A stretch of DNA of 63,990 nucleotides, the filler included, from Porpidia crustulata (Eukaryota): the NCBI GenBank assembly GCA_964255105.1. It is 4 parts of 4 records of this genome, joined end to end, with 100 filler letters (N's around TTAATTAATTAA, not from the genome) between each part and the next. Parts side by side here need not be neighbours in the genome. Positions count along the whole stretch, not along the records: positions 1 to 16,106 come from CAXUWE010000273.1; positions 16,207 to 32,297 come from CAXUWE010000274.1; 2 more parts are not named here. One strand, given 5' to 3'. The notes beneath the pieces are model-generated. The model saw nothing but the letters and a program-made list of their open reading frames with translations. It ran no database searches and was not told the origin of the DNA. Of this stretch, positions 13,274 through 24,909 are shown piece by piece. The translations under genes and the position numbers were made by a program. Numbering within the stretch: position 1 is the stretch's first letter; every line of letters starts with the position of its first letter.

Positions 13274-15081
13274 ATGTCTTCTTATCAGAACCTCCTCGTG
13301 TGCACCTTCTTTTCTGTATTCTTGAAAGTTTGCTCTCTCGATCCATGGCTCCCCGAACCCTCGGAAAACTTTGATCCTGCTCAAGCAGACATACGCAAGA
13401 ACATCACATGTCTTGGAGATCGTTCATCCATACATTTCCCGTCTCCTTTTCCTTGGCCTTATTCCCCGGGCGTTAATATCAACTTTGATCCCAACGAGCG
13501 GACGATGCAAAGTCTCTGCGGTACGTAAGGCGTTATATCGCTGGATTTCCCGTATATTCACTACATTCCATTCTCTCGCCGGATCATTAGTGTGTTGACA
13601 GCTGATTCATCCACTCGGCATCATTGATATAGCTGAATGAAGATATCACAAAGGTTTACAATTAACATTCCAAGGCTGATATTTCATCACAACAGCCAAA
13701 CCGCAATTTGGAGGAGGCGGAGAGTACGAGCATATAGGCGGATGGTGTAGTTGGATCGGGCTCGGACAGCAAAAATTCCTAGAATTTGATCTTTTGAATC
13801 CAGCAGCCAAGTATAACACATATCTCGCTCACCCGTTCCTTCTGATAGAATGCAAACACCGCTGTTTCTGCAACTGGCAAGTGGAGGACCGAACTATCCA
13901 GCCGGCTGGGGCGGGGATGGAACAGCCATTCTATCCTAACGAAATTGAGAAAAAAGTGATTAGCCTCGATGTACCTCCGGATTTCGCCGGCCCCGATGAT
14001 TACCCTGAGGGCCACTGGGAGGACCTTGCGGTTTATATGTTTACCAATAATCAGGCGGCTCTTCCTGGTCAATTTTTCCATGGTCAACGCCCCGTAACCT
14101 CTTTCAGCCTCGATGCTGCGAACAAGATTGAGTGTAGAGGAGATCGGCTGCCAAATTTCCCTCTGCCCGGTCCGTATACTCTCGGAGATTTCCGGACCAA
14201 CCAAGAGTTGTGCGCTGTTGCGAACTCTGGCGGTTTCTTGTAAGTTCGAAGCTTGAACGAGCGAAAGCATTGCCACCTTTGTAAAGAATAAGCTAACGCA
14301 TAAAACTTCTAGGTACGCCAATGCCGGCGGTTACTGCCATAGGAGCCAGTTCGACCCTAGCCAGCCTAATCAGGTTCGCTCAGTCTGGTTCTCCGACCTC
14401 ATGACCCCGCGTTACGACTGGCAGTGGGATACTAACTTTCTCGCTGCCGCCGCTATTCGTTTTCACTGCTGGCGCAACTGCGCTTGTGCCGAGCCGGATA
14501 AGGAGCCCGGCCGCGAAGACTTATCCAAGAAGATTTGGCAGTTCGTTCAGAATGGCAAACTTTTCGCTACGAGAGAGAACGGTGTTAAAATGGGGCCCGT
14601 CGCGGGCGGAAAGCGCTTACGTTCGGGACGAGAAATTCTTCCACCACAGAAGCGCTTTCCGGGAGGAGGTTCATCCGCGGGAACGTGCGGGCGTGATGGG
14701 AGACAGTTCTGCGTCGAACGCTGGCCGTCTAGCCTCCTGGGTCCCATCCCTACCGCGCCGCCCGACCCGAAGAACTTAGATGGAGTTGTAGTTGAGGACC
14801 CGGATGCAGATGTAGGGCAGTGTGTAAACCATTGCACAGGCCAATACGATTGCAACGCCGGAGATGGGATCGATGCCTGCGACTGCACTGTGCTGGATCC
14901 CGCGGCGGCGAAGCTATATGGCGTCGATCCCGTGACTCCGCCCAACCTGTGCCTGTTGGTATTGCAGGCAAGCGCGACGAAAGGGCTTCATGGGAGAGGT
15001 TTGGTGGAGGATCGGGTCTGCAGATGCAATGTTACATATATTTCGCCGGGGTGCTGTGGGTCGAGGGATGGAATGGTCTAG
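13274..15081 (+). CDS. Secreted cysteine-rich protein of unknown function (3 exons, ~519 aa)
   Basis: Signal-peptide-like start MSSYQNLLVCTFFSVFLKVCS. Exons 13274-13520, 13696-14239 and 14313-15081 splice in phase (GTACGT..CAG; GTAAGT..GCTAAC..TAG). More than 20 Cys. Confidence 0.8.
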
Positions 15082-16106
15082 AACATTGATCTTGCCAGAC
15101 GAAGCCTCTTCACCTTGGCCTGCGGGCAAGTGCTCTCTATCCCACCCCGGGACTTGGGCCTGCAGACTGCGGTCGCGCCTTTCCGCGAAAACCTCGCAAT
15201 CACCATAACCATCCGACCGGCGCCCGTGAACCGTCCAATCGCCACAAGAAACGGCGCGCTGGTAACGGACACTATAGTCAAAACTTTCAGCGAGCAAAAT
15301 CAATATTGAAGGGATTTTCCTCATGCGTCGTGGGGCATCTAGAACTTCACTTGCTCACAGCTCTCAAACGTCGACACTTATCGTTTGTTTGCAAAGATGA
15401 CGCCTCATTCCTCAGAAATTGCACTGACATTCAAGAAAGATTGTGCATTTTTCAAGATTTTAAAACTTATACGCGAAACAAAAATCCTTGACGAAGAGTC
15501 AGAATATTTCTCAAAGATTGAAGAGACGGCGCATAGATAGCTGATGACTCTATCGACGCTGTACATAGAAGACACAATAGGAAGAACACCAGCAACCGAA
15601 GGTATTACAATAGACATCGAGAAGGGATGTCTAAGCAGGCAACATGATCATGTGCATCTTTATTGTGTGACTTATAACACCATAGCACATGAAAGCATTA
15701 GCCCACTGTCAATGCATGTGGACACGGGATCGGATCATCCGAGCCCGCTCTGTTCAGCTATCTCTCAACCTGATCCATCATTCAACGTGGCGTAACTTAC
15801 CCAAAGCCTCGCTCCGGATAAGCTTTGCGTTTTTTTGCTGAAGCAGAAGATGCGTTCAGTTGAGCTTGACACACAATCGAAATTCGATGTTTTGCGTTTT
15901 TTCTTTCAAGGCTGCTAGCAAGGTAAGAAGTTTTCCTATTTTGCACCTGGGACTAGGGGTTGACAATGATATCGGGTTTCTTGATCACATTGCATCGTCA
16001 TTCAAAGGTCTTCAGCAGTCTGTCGAGAAGATGTAATAATCCCATCGCGATACTCACCACCCCATGAGTTGTATCCCACCACTTTCTTTTTGATCTCTCC
16101 TCCCCC

Positions 16107-16206
16107 NNNNNNNNNNNNNNNNNNNNNNNNNNNNNNNNNNNNNNNNNNNNTTAATTAATTAANNNNNNNNNNNNNNNNNNNNNNNNNNNNNNNNNNNNNN
16201 NNNNNN
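16107..16206. other. Artificial contig-joining spacer (N44-TTAATTAATTAA-N44)
   Basis: Exactly 100 bp; the central 12-mer puts stops in all six frames; identical at three places. Confidence 0.98.
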
Positions 16207-16673
16207 CGGATACCGTATTAACAGCTGATACCCCGAGTACCGTAGTACTAATCAATTAGTTACCCTCAGCCCCTACCCCCCCCCCGAAGGTGGGGGGTGG
16301 CTGTTTGTCAGGGTCCTCGCCAAATTCCTAAAAAAAGGCCATTGCGCGCTCCTTCACCCCCTGAAATTAAACTCAGAACTTACTGACGCACGTGACTTAG
16401 TGTTATGCTACGATCACTCTCTGAGACACATGAAGTTCTCGAATACTCGTAACACTGTGGCAACGCTGGTCGTAAAGTATCTGTGAGAATCATCAACACC
16501 AGGCAATCAAACTCTAACCTGCCCATGTTCGAATACAAAACATAGAACATGGCGTGAGTGAACTACATGTGAAGTACCTGTATACCGCTGCAAAAGACCT
16601 GAACCATAGACTAGGACGTACGCCTTTCCTTCACGCCTGCGGCCCACACCAATTAAAATACCGGCCTGGATAC

Positions 16674-16706
16674 TTTTGCGGAACCTTTTGCGGAACCTTT
16701 TCGGAA
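16674..16706. repeat. Short tandem repeat, 12-bp unit (CTTTTGCGGAAC), ~3 copies
   Basis: cttttgcggaac cttttgcggaac cttttcggaa read directly. Confidence 0.7.
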
Positions 16707-16749
16707 AGATCAAAAGGCAGAAAGATCTTTAATAAAATAAAGACCGTGA

Positions 16750-17678
16750 CCTGAAGCTATTCTGCTGTCAGCAGTTTTCGATCGAACGGTGAACCGCCTC
16801 GATCATATCGTCGCAAGCGATATTCATAACGACTCTTCAAGACATCTCAGAAGAATCAAAACTATGAACATAAACGATAGAAGTCTCGCGACTATCGAAG
16901 CTGTTCTCAATTCTCTTTAATCACGAGAGAAGATAGTTCTCAAATCCAGAGCGAACATCTGTATAATTTCGAGATAAGTTGTCGTACGAGAATCGTACAT
17001 CTCGTCATAAATCATTTCAGGTTGCACAGACAGTGAAATACTGTCAGCTCATACATTGAAGTAAATCACGAACGTGAGCAGATCTTCACTGAAGATGAAA
17101 ACGAGATGTTTCGAGCAGAGAAGATGACTATACGTGAGGGAAATGTTATCAGCAAAGAAACTTTGAGGCGTCAGTGATTGCTGCGTTCTTGATCGAGAAT
17201 CTACAGGAGCACTGCCAACAGATTGACTACGAGAAGTGATAGAGCAACATCGATAATAAGCCATGAACGTAGGTTACTGAGGCAAAGATACTGAAGAGAC
17301 CTCAGCTTTGCTTAAGTACAACGGCATGCCGCCCTGACCTCATGTATAATTGGTAGCATCAACAACACTCCTATCGTCACGATGGAAACTGGCCTTGATA
17401 ATTCTAATATGTTTGCAGTCAGTTTAACGATTGAGAAAGGAATCGATCATCATATTCTGCTAGTACAGTGAACGATAGATATTCAAGATGAGAAGCAGAA
17501 GCGTTTTCGCGACATGAAGAAAGTCAATATCTGCTTGAGATAGAAGAATAGACTTCTGAAGGATAAATTTCGAGAAACGAAGTCTCGTCACAAAGAAAAA
17601 CCAAGTTCCAAGACTGACGCCAGAACAGAGTAAAGCAACTGTAGAAGTTACAAGTTGAAGAGCTGAAATCATGTCCAC
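16750..17678 (-). pseudogene. RIP-degraded gene of unknown family with hydrophobic N-terminal segment
   Basis: ORF-track fragments 17460-17678 and 17049-17264 share one frame, which continues across isolated TAG/TAA/TGA stops. The translation looks Pro/Gly/Trp-poor, as expected after C>T/G>A hypermutation. Confidence 0.5.
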
Positions 17679-18967
17679 GATTGATTCACAACATTGAGAC
17701 TGCTTTCAACGATGCAAGGAAAATGGTGGACATCCTTCTCATTTATCACTTCATTATAGTTAAATAAATTTCTAGAAGCCCGTCAGACTACTACGATCGC
17801 GGACTGCTTATTCATATTTCGCGACGGGTCATGCGCTGCACATCAAGCGATGCTTATGAAGGAAGCACTCAGCTTTGACTTGAGATTCCAAAGAATAATC
17901 CCTATAGCTGACTATTTACTGCATACAGGGATGTCTTGAAATCTGGAGTGCGTACCCTTGTACCGAATTTTACGGCAGGTTCAAGACTTACGGATGTACC
18001 AGAACAGCCATACGTCCTATACTCCCATGTGTCCTATACTCGTGGAGACAATGCCGACCCTCAGATGGATACTTCATGTAGGTTCGAAATTTGCAGGGCT
18101 CAAGTCGACTCTGTGTTCGTTGAGCATATAATCATTTGAATAGTTCTCCCGGAGACAGCGTAGCCGCATATGTCATTCAGCCAGGTATGAAGCTGATTCT
18201 GGACGGAGGCGGTGCTCGCTCTGCCCATACTGAATGGAGAAAGTGCTGCCTCTGGGCTGCGGGAAGTGACATTCGAAAACTTACACATCGATAATATTCG
18301 AATTGTGGCTAGCAAGCTTCACTTGTCCTTCTTGTTTGGATGTAAGCTCCTTTTGAAAGGCGTCTTCGAAAAAGTCACTCATTCAGCGCTTGTGCGTCGT
18401 TCGTATCCCCTGGTGGCCCCCTTCGGCCCCCGCTCTTCCGAAGGTGGACATGATAACTCCAGTGAACGTCGGGATGGATTTGGCTGTGCGGTCAATTGAT
18501 CAAGTGATGACTTACTAGACGGATTTGGAGCTTCTAATAATGAGCTCAACGATCGGACAAGACTACTAGTTTCTCGTAGCTAGGACACGACTCGAATTCT
18601 TGTAGCGAGCGAACGGAAGGACGAGATTCTAATGCAAATGAGCGCAGATCCAGGTTTTAACTTACAGAATGTGGTGGTGGTACGCAGTGGTGTTGTTATC
18701 GTTGTTGGGAGACTCGAGGTTTACTTGAGCATCAGAGTTTAGAATCAGGACAGCCCACGCCTCTTTGACGGCAAGCTCGCGATTACAGCACCTATGCTGC
18801 TGCTCTTACTGTTGCTTTACACGTTCCACTTGCAAAGGGTTTTTCTCGATGCAAGCCGGCAACGATTTTGGGGGGGTTGCCCCGCATCAAATCCTTGTGA
18901 TGAATGAGGCTGCGGCTTGGGTCAAGTGAGTGAGCGGCGTATCAGTCCTCCGCCGAGATCGAGTCGG

Positions 18968-20810
18968 CTAGGCGTCTCTCCCTGATGAGAGCTTCAAGAG
19001 CGTCAGTAGTAAGCTGAACCTGATGAGGAAAACGCTGCAGCCCGTACCAGCAAGCCCCAGCGCAACCAAGAAGGATGCCAGGCAATATAAGCAGCCCACC
19101 CGCATACCTTCCTCATAGCTCGCGTTCACCGCCGCCGCATCCTCCTGTCTAAGCTTCTTTACGGACTCCAAGCCCTGCTCGATCGCGTGCAGCAAGTCGC
19201 GCACCGTACGCGGGTCAAAACGCTCGTGCAGCCGCTCACGCAGTGTCTGCTGGACCAGCGCTGTGGTAATCTCCAGCCCGCGAGCAGTAGTAAGACGTAA
19301 TAGCGGCCCGTATGGCGCATGACCAAGCCGCCGGTGAGTGAACCAACGATCGAGCCGGCGGTCGTAGGTAGTAGAAGTAGACCAACCTGTTGGGTGTTCA
19401 GCTGCGACATAGTGTGGAAAAGTAGAGGCACGTGAAAAATTAGCGCCATGTGCGCACCAAACTCGAAGAAGTTGCAGAAGTAGCAAGCCAAAATTGAAGG
19501 CGTACTGATAATGTGCCAGGGCGCGATTAGCTCCACGGCAATTGCGGCTTCGATCCAGAGAAAGACAGCAATGAGGATCGGGGTGGCGGCGAGGAGGACG
19601 ACCGTACCGGCGTCGTTCCAAGCATGGTGAACGCTGCGATCGAGGCCGAGTAACAGCGCACAAATGGACAGCATGATGGCAAGAGCGCCGGCAAAATTTA
19701 TGCGTCGAATCTGCTGTTGCCATTCGTGCGCACAAGACTGGTATGACAGAGTCAAGCTGACTCCGATAAAATCCAGCAGGATGATGAGAAGCCGTACGAA
19801 GAATATCCTGGCTAGATCAGCTTAAGCAATGTGATGATGATAAGCGGATAACAAACCAGCACCAGTCGATTGTGTTTGAAGGTATACCACCTGCAAAAGT
19901 ATCAGCTTTTCCCTTTCCGGTAGATGTAAAAGGCTCCGGCCACTAACTGATGGGGATTCCTATAGCGGCGCCTGCCGCATATGCCACACTCAATATTCCA
20001 TGGCAGAGTCCACGGTTGCGCGGCGAGACGTGATCTGCAAGCACCATCATAGTCAATGACAAAAGACCGCCACATCCAATGCCTGCTACGGACTATAGCA
20101 TGTCGTCAGCGTAGTTTAAACAAAGCCATTGACTCGGAAAGCTCCACATCATGAAACGCTGAGAGGGCGATGAGAAATTGGGCTGGACGAGGTAAATCGT
20201 ACCCGTGCCAGGATGATCTGAGTTATGTTCCGTGCGAGCCCGCAGAAGAGGCTGCCCACGCCGAACGCGAAGTAACTAAGCTGCACCAATAGCTTGCGGC
20301 CGAAAATATCGCTCAGCTTCCCATACAGTGGCTGGCAGCAGGTGAGCGGAACAAAGAAGCTGGAGCGCTGCCCGCGCGTGAGCAGCTGGGAGAAATGCAA
20401 AGGCTCTTTGCCGGAAAAGAGGGACGCACGCTGTGGCAATCCATGATGTCTGGTTGAGCGCGTGGAGATCGCTCCCGATCGCCCCGTAGGCCGTCAGGAC
20501 GATTGTTGTATCGAGGGCGGCGAGGAAGACCTAATGGTAGCTCGTGAGTTTCCGAGGCGCAATCAGCGGCGGCTTGCGGGGCTGTTCACGCCGATAGCCA
20601 TTGCCGCTGCCATGGCAGCGACGCGGGGCCTTCCCTCCGCATTCTCCCCCCCCCCAGCAGTCGGGTCGCCTCGCTGGCGGAATTGGAGTTCCCGTCCGCC
20701 TCTGATGGATTGTCAGGCCACGCAGCGTTCAAGCCATTGCGTTCAGCAAGTGCCGATGCCAGCAGCGGCGAAGGGGGGAACATTTCGCAGTCCTTAGTCT
20801 TCTGCTCCAT
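18968..20810 (-). pseudogene. MFS transporter, 14-TM DHA2/Vba-like, disabled
   Basis: Spliced exons give VFLAALDTTIVLTAYGAIGSDLHALNQTSWIATA, QPLYGKLSDIFGRK, VAGIGCGGLLSLTMMVLADHVSPRNRG and RRINFAGA. Frameshift at or near the C10 run (20646-20655). Frameshift plus apparent loss of several C-terminal helices near 19275. Confidence 0.8.
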
Positions 20811-21483
20811 CGACTGAGCAAGCACGGAAGGATGACTTTGGCTGGGTACACAAGGCTTTTCCGTGAGAGTGAGAGAAGAATTCCTAAGATCAAGCGAGGA
20901 AACGAAGCACTTACATAGTAGATGTAAAGCTGCCGAGCTGGACCCTACCGGCTTGCCACGCTCGTTGGGATTGAAAGGCTGTTCACTCGTGTGGCGATAC
21001 CGTATCGAACCCCACCATAGCTCGAGATCTCGCTGCAGAGAATTACCTACCGATGGAGACTTGGCTAAGACTGGCCGATACGATCTGCGAGCTATATGAA
21101 GACCACCCACCACCGTGCCGGGAGACGTACGCGATATTTCAAGGAGGGCAAGGAAGAATCAGCCTTGATCGCACCAGCCAGCTTTGGCGGCGGGGGCTGG
21201 CGCGCCCTTGATCAAGGGAGTACTGTCTGTAGGCACACCTCGAACTACTGGGTGTGCTTGCAGATAGTCCTCTTACGAATGACAAAGTTGTTGGGGATTA
21301 TCTTGGCACTCTAGATGCAGTACTACGCATACTAGCTCCCTAGAAGGAAGGGGCAGAATCAACCTGCCGTAGCACCACTGACTGCGGAGATAAAGAGTGC
21401 TGAACATCAGCTCTTCCTCCTATCATGACTAGCCCACTCATCAAGCTGCCGACGCACAGTTACCGTCGTCAGGTTTGAGCAGA

Positions 21484-22363
21484 ATGTTCTCTGTCATCAT
21501 AATTTTCTTACCTCTGGTCACACTTTGTTGATGTCAGCTTCACAATATGCTCTCTTGAGACAAGGCAATCAGCCATCCCACCGCGCTGATCATGACTTGT
21601 GTGGCAATGCTCAAGTATGGGACCTGAAGAAATTCAGCGCCCTGATGGCTTTCGGAGACAGCTACACGGATGACTGCCGTCTCGACTACTTCTACAATAG
21701 CCGGGGCGAGCCACCTCCTGTAGTTTGGGTTAATCCCTCAAACAACGACTCCGTATGTGGTGATTATCCTTGACCGGATTGAGTTCATTGATATAGCGAA
21801 GCCCGTATCTACAACTACGTCGTTTCTAGCGCCATTTATTCGAGTCGAATCACACTCAGGTTTTCCCCCATCACCAACGCGAATCTTCCGGACATAGAGC
21901 AGTACGAGGTTCCGGCGTGGCTTGCCGACAAGCAGTATGTCGAGCCAAGTGGAACAAAGCTCTTTGATACGCCGCCGGATGAGACGGTGCACTCCATGTG
22001 GATCGGCACAAACGATCTCAACATGGGGACTATGCTGGAAGACTCGCAGCGTCCGGGCACAAATATCTCGACTGCGTTTTCGATCAATTGCAACGTATCT
22101 ACTAAAGCGGTGCAAGATATTTCGTTCTACAGAATCTTGTGCCGTTCCATTTGTCGCCGTTGACCGCCACGCCCGAGAACGGAGGCTTAGGCCCAAATTA
22201 TTTCTGGCCCGCAAAGCTACCCAATTCGACCGCCATCAGCTACAAGATGATGGAGACGGCGGTAACAGCAAATATGGTGTATCAGTACCGTACACCGTTC
22301 GAAGTCATGTTGGCTAGAAGGTTTCCAGGCGCCCGATTTGCGCTCACGGATATGTATCGACTG
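21484..22363 (+). pseudogene. CE16 / GDSL (SGNH) acetylesterase, 5' part, disabled
   Basis: WDLKKFSALMAFGDSYTD (block I), YNY.VS, SMWIGTND (block III), VPFHLSPL, YQYRTPFE, DMYRL, then donor GTAAGT at 22364. In-frame TGA stops at ~21771-21792 and frameshifts. Confidence 0.85.
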
Positions 22364-22485
22364 GTAAGTCTAGCTTTTCCTCACAACCTGAGGGTACGGA
22401 GATTGTATGCTTCGTCAACTTACAACGAGCTTTGTTTGCCACTATTGGCCGTTATATGAACCCTGATCATTCCGTCTAAGCTTCG

Positions 22486-23442
22486 CTAGATATCATATCG
22501 CGCCCGTCGCGCACCCTCGTCCTCCCGTAGTTCGACCTGAACACGGCCCGTCGTAGCATCCCGGCCATGGAGAACAACACTTCGCAGATCAGACACGATC
22601 CAATCGGCGCCGCTCTTCGCTAAATGATCGGCGGCGTGCGTCGTTAGCAGCGCGACCACCTCGCACCCGGCCGCCCTCCCTGCTCGGACGCCGACAGGAG
22701 AGTCCTCCAACACTAGCGTTTTCGCTTCGGGTGATAGACCAAGCTGAGATTGCGCAAGCCTGTAACCGGCGGGGTCCGGCTAACCACGCTCGGCCTCCTC
22801 GGCCACGACTGTGGTCTGCGGGCGGGCCAGGTCGAGCACCTCCAACCACCCCTGCAGGATCGCCCCGGTGCCCGACGTGACTATTGCTCACGGTACGCTC
22901 AAGTCGTCGCAGGCTCGTAGGATATCATGCGCGCCCGCAATGACCTTGGCGTTTTGTCCGAAGTCGGTGGGAATCCGCCCCTCGATCTGAGCTACATTTA
23001 GCATGACAAGTCGCGGCGGTCAGCCAATCACACATTTGCAAGCCCGCGATCCTAAGATCGCTATGTAACCTATCCTCATCTCGCTTGAACACTTCACGGG
23101 CCAGACTTACAGTCCCAGTTGGCTTTGCTTAGATCGTAGAGAGCAAGTGTATCGATGGTCCGTCTGCCATGTGAAGTGGCCAGGATCACATTGGGGTCCA
23201 CGCCCAGCTCCTTGCCAATTCTATTTGTCCCAAGGCCAGCTTCAGTACTGCGCACTCATCTGTAGGGTGACATCGTCAGTCGGAAAGTAGGAGGCTCACT
23301 TGTGCCAACTTTTCGCGCAGGCCGCGGTCGAGTCGACCAGCGTTCCATCCATGTCAAAGAGGAGCGCGTCAAACGAGTGAATTGAGCCCGTTACGCCATT
23401 CTTGCTCTCAGCAGTGTTGATAGCGACAGTGCTCACCATCAT
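22486..23442 (-). pseudogene. HAD-family glycerol-3-phosphate/2-deoxyglucose-6-phosphate phosphatase (GPP1/DOG1-like), disabled
   Basis: LLFDMDGTLVDST, SHGRRTID, AIVTSGT, G*PDP and LEDSPVGVRAGRAAG across three exons. In-frame TGA at 22890-22888 (expected Trp), TAG at 22782-22780 (expected Lys of GKPDP), and the second acceptor reads AA instead of AG (~22998). Confidence 0.9.
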
Positions 23443-24076
23443 CTAGACAGCAATACTCAATGAAGTCAAAGTGGCAAATTACGTGGTGCCAAATAACTCT
23501 TGAGAATAGTCGATGATGGAATAATTGTGATGTTGTTCGATGAGGATGATTCAGTAGCCGACGGTCATGATACGCTAAGCGGGTGGCTTGGTGAAGCGAA
23601 TAGCCGATCTACGGGAATTTATACATTCGCATCCCTCTCACCTTTGAAATCTCGGTCCCTACTCGTCGTGGGTGGTGGTTCTGTAGCCCCCACGCCCCTT
23701 CTTGTCTCCATGGCCGATTTTGGTTTCCCATCATTCTCCTGCAACTCTGAACTCTGTTCCAACCGGCATATGCAACGCCTGCATCCCGACAGGCGCCGTG
23801 ACGTGAGATCAGCGTCCCTTTCCCATGGCTGAGCGAGCTAAGCGATCTCACCATAGCTATCTACTTGCGGGAATTATGCACGACATGTCATACTGCAACC
23901 TGCGTCGATGATGGTCTCTACTAGCATGCACCTGGTGTTTGATACTATGCACGGTGGGATGGTCAGTCCATGCAATGTCTAATTTGTTAGTTTCTTCGGT
24001 GCTAATGAAATGTAGATGATTGGATCGCTCTTGGAAAAGCAATTTATCCTACGCTTCTCGAAGGATGCTTTACCAC

Positions 24077-24316
24077 CTAGCCTGCCCAACATGTGGCCCA
24101 AGGACTTGCTCCCTTGACCACATCGATGAATGCCGACGCAACGATGCGATCAGCCTGCTCGCTGAGGTGCTCTGGATCGAACCAAAGGCAACTATCCGGA
24201 CTGGGTTGGCGCGTGCAGCCAGTGATATCGATTTTGCAGTGCTTGATGAACCCTGTCACATTAAGTGATGCCGTACCGCTCAAGTATTCACTTGGGTTGT
24301 TCCATACGTCTAGCAT
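24077..24316 (-). pseudogene. Terminal exon of the CE16 esterase, on the opposite strand to its 5' part
   Basis: Branch GCTGAT, then CAG|ATG. Translates MLDVWNNPSEYLSGTASLNVTGFIKHC...SPDSCLWFDPEHLSEQADRIVASAFIDVVKGASPWATCW, including the SGNH block V DxxH motif. Confidence 0.85.
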
Positions 24317-24909
24317 CTGGTTGCGCCAACCCATCAGCGCTCAGGCCCAGCGTGTGCAAACTGTTGCTACTCGCTCTACTATTTTCCCTTCTGCCTTTTC
24401 GATCTTGGAGCTGGAACAGGCCGCAGCGATGTCCGTCACTCTTACCCCACGCAAGTGACCTTTCATCCCGATATAGTCAACCCTGTTAATAGTGATATCG
24501 GATGTAGTGATACTCTGAGGATATCACTATGAGGTGTAGTGGCATGCAGGAATCGATCTGGACTAGCCTAAGGAATCAGTTCAAAAGGGGTAGGTCATAC
24601 GGGAGTAGTCAAGCTCTATGATCTTCTTGTGCTCCACATAGCTGCTTGAACTTCGCATCACAACCAAGAAACGTACTAACGAGTGAGAGATAAGGGAGGA
24701 TAGCCCGGCATAGCCGCTAGATAAGGTAGTATATATAGACTAGGATCTTCCGAGCTCTCAACGATCAAAGCATTTTGACTTGTATCTGAGAAACCCGCGA
24801 GGCGCCGTGGCTGGATCCGTCACAGAAAAACGACAATCTGGAAGCAGAAACACCTTAATTCCGACATTCTTGATTTACCTGAATACGATTGCAAAAGAGC
24901 ACAGATCAG

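Noticed and set aside
16151..16162. TTAATTAATTAA palindrome recurring every ~16 kb
   Set aside because: Always centred in N44 runs; it is a synthetic six-frame-stop linker, not a biological repeat.
16267..16303. GC-rich hairpin near the contig start, resembling a Helitron 3' end or terminator
   Set aside because: No convincing CTRR terminus or second end, and too close to the contig edge to evaluate.
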